DNA of 64,000 nt from the human T2T-CHM13v2.0 reference genome, Homo sapiens, in assembly GCF_009914755.1 (NCBI RefSeq), contig NC_060926.1. One strand, 5' to 3'. The position numbers were made by a program, and so were the translations under genes. The notes beneath the pieces are model-generated. The model was not told the DNA's origin and did no database searches. It was given only the letters and a program-made list of their open reading frames with translations. Below, in pieces: positions 61,374-64,000 of this stretch. The stretch's first letter is position 1, and every line of letters begins with the position of its first letter.

Positions 61374-62072
61374 AGGGGCAACTCTTTTTAAATTCTTGAG
61401 GACCCAAAGGAAATAACAAACAACTGTGCTTGGAAGTCCCTGAACCAGTGGAGTAATCCAAATGCAAATGTTTTAGATGAAGACACTGAGGTTTCCGTTT
61501 AACAATGCAAAAAGCCATTTTTATTGGGAGCAGGTATAGCTGTCCAGACTATCGAGTTTCCTCTGCTGATGGTCAGAAACAAGAACTCCTATTGAGTCAA
61601 TAGGAGGAGATGCCCTCTGGGAGGGTGAGGCAAACCTTTGCACAACTGTGGCAGGCTGAAAACAAAGGAGTGGGCCTGTGGTGGAGAGTCCCTGGAAAGA
61701 GGCTTACAGGGAACTTTAGGAGCAAATGATATCTAATGTTCAGTGTTAAAGTTTTTTCCTGCACTGTAATTCTCTATGTAATCCTTGAGACTTTGTAAGG
61801 TTTGTTAAAATTGTAGCCAGATGATAGAGAATGACAGTCAGCTGGAAAAGCCATTTTGAGACATGTGAGAAGTGATTGGGGAAGGAGGCTGGGGCAATGC
61901 TGTGGAGTGCATAGGGATCAGGTAACAGGATGAGTTGGGGAATATGCAGACATGTGTTGGAGGGTCTCAGAAATACCCAGAGAGGGGACTGGACTGCTGT
62001 GACCGTAGAGAATGAAGAGAAGAGTTACGGCATATGAAAGTACATAAATCCAGTGAGGCTGGGAAAGCTGGA

Positions 62073-62076
<4 letters not shown>

Positions 62077-62110
<34 letters not shown>
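62077..62110. repeat. (CT)n microsatellite
   Basis: Read directly. Confidence 0.9.
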
Positions 62111-62115
<5 letters not shown>

Positions 62116-62219
62116 TGAATCTTGTGTTTGTGTATATGTGTAGAATATATATCGACATTGGGTTTATAGGATATGTAGATAGTTTTTCACCTTGTTTTTC
62201 ACTTAACTTTATATCATGA

Positions 62220-62525
<306 letters not shown>

Positions 62526-62768
62526 TCTTAATATTCTTTAATATTGTTCAAGTATATAATGAATAATGGCCTCAATAACCTATTGTATGATTATGCTATA
62601 ATTTATTTAGCTGAGGTCAATTATGGGACATTTAGATTTTTTGCAGTTTTTCACTTTTATAAATAATACTTGCAGAGAATATTCTTACCTATTCTTTGCA
62701 TATTAAATAACTCATTTTTTGAGTTCTCAGAAGTGTATATTCTATGGCAAATGGTATGAACAATTTTA

Positions 62769-63167
<399 letters not shown>

Positions 63168-63249
63168 TTATATAGGCATACATTTCATCATATCATGGGG
63201 TTACTTGCAGATTTTGGGGGATGAGGTGTGCTCATTTAAAGAAAATGAA

Positions 63250-63425
63250 CATAGTCTGGCATGCTGGTGCCTGTCTGCAGTTCCAGCTACTCAAGAGGCT
63301 GAGGTGGGAGGATCGCTTGAGCCCAGGAATTCGAGGCTGCAGTGAGCCATGATCACACCACTGCACTTGAGCCTCGGTGACACGGGAGAGACCTTGTATC
63401 CAAAGAGAGAGGGAGAGAGAGAGAA
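63250..63425 (+). mobile_element. Alu monomer (FRAM/FAM-like) with (GA)n tail
   Basis: Single arm GGAGGATCGCTTGAGCCCAGGAATTCGAGGCTGCAGTGAG. Confidence 0.8.
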
Positions 63426-63551
63426 AGGCTGAATATGATGGACACAGGAAGGCATTTGCTTAGTTACCAAGAGGTTTCACTAACAAAATATACCTCAGTT
63501 TTCATGTCAGAAGAACTGCTTTTATTTACTTGCACGATAGTCTCTCTTTAG

Positions 63552-63889
<338 letters not shown>

Positions 63890-64000
63890 ATCAGTATTTC
63901 TTATAAAGAGAGCTCTCTAGCTTTCCTCACAATGAGCTAATTCTTAATTCTACCTTTTCTACTTTGGAGGCGAGGTGAAATAATCCATTCTTTGGTGTCA

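Noticed and set aside
61607-61625. Weaker CTCF-like matches (also ~12005, ~13698, ~41078)
   Set aside because: Two or more mismatches in the 5' core; expected by chance.

Overview
Primate (very probably human) non-coding genomic DNA. I find no credible protein-coding exon, tRNA, rRNA, snRNA or CRISPR array. The supplied ORFs are explained by Alu elements, microsatellites, a GC-rich island or degenerate retroelements. The window holds about 44 Alu elements or fragments (J, S and Y types, many with visible target-site duplications), MIR, L2 and L1M fossils, several solo LTRs (MST, THE1, MLT1, MER67/MER31-like, MER21/MER77-like, LTR33-like) and hAT-type DNA transposon fragments. The main functional-looking feature is a CpG island (~8.45-10.36 kb) with no gene recognisable in the window. 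It carries STAT, NF-kB, AP-1, E-box/HRE, ETS and TATA/MEF2 motifs. A convergent pair of CTCF-like motifs (3.6 kb +, 42.9 kb -) brackets it, and repeat-free enhancer-like blocks also occur. The most unusual structures are three fold-back inverted repeats inside old transposons that look like template-switch products, a nearly full-length L2 with endonuclease and RT remnants, a probable retroviral integrase fossil, a perfect 64-bp tandem duplication and several odd Alu insertions. Repeat family names come from my recall of consensus sequences and need RepeatMasker/Dfam confirmation. I could not identify the locus.
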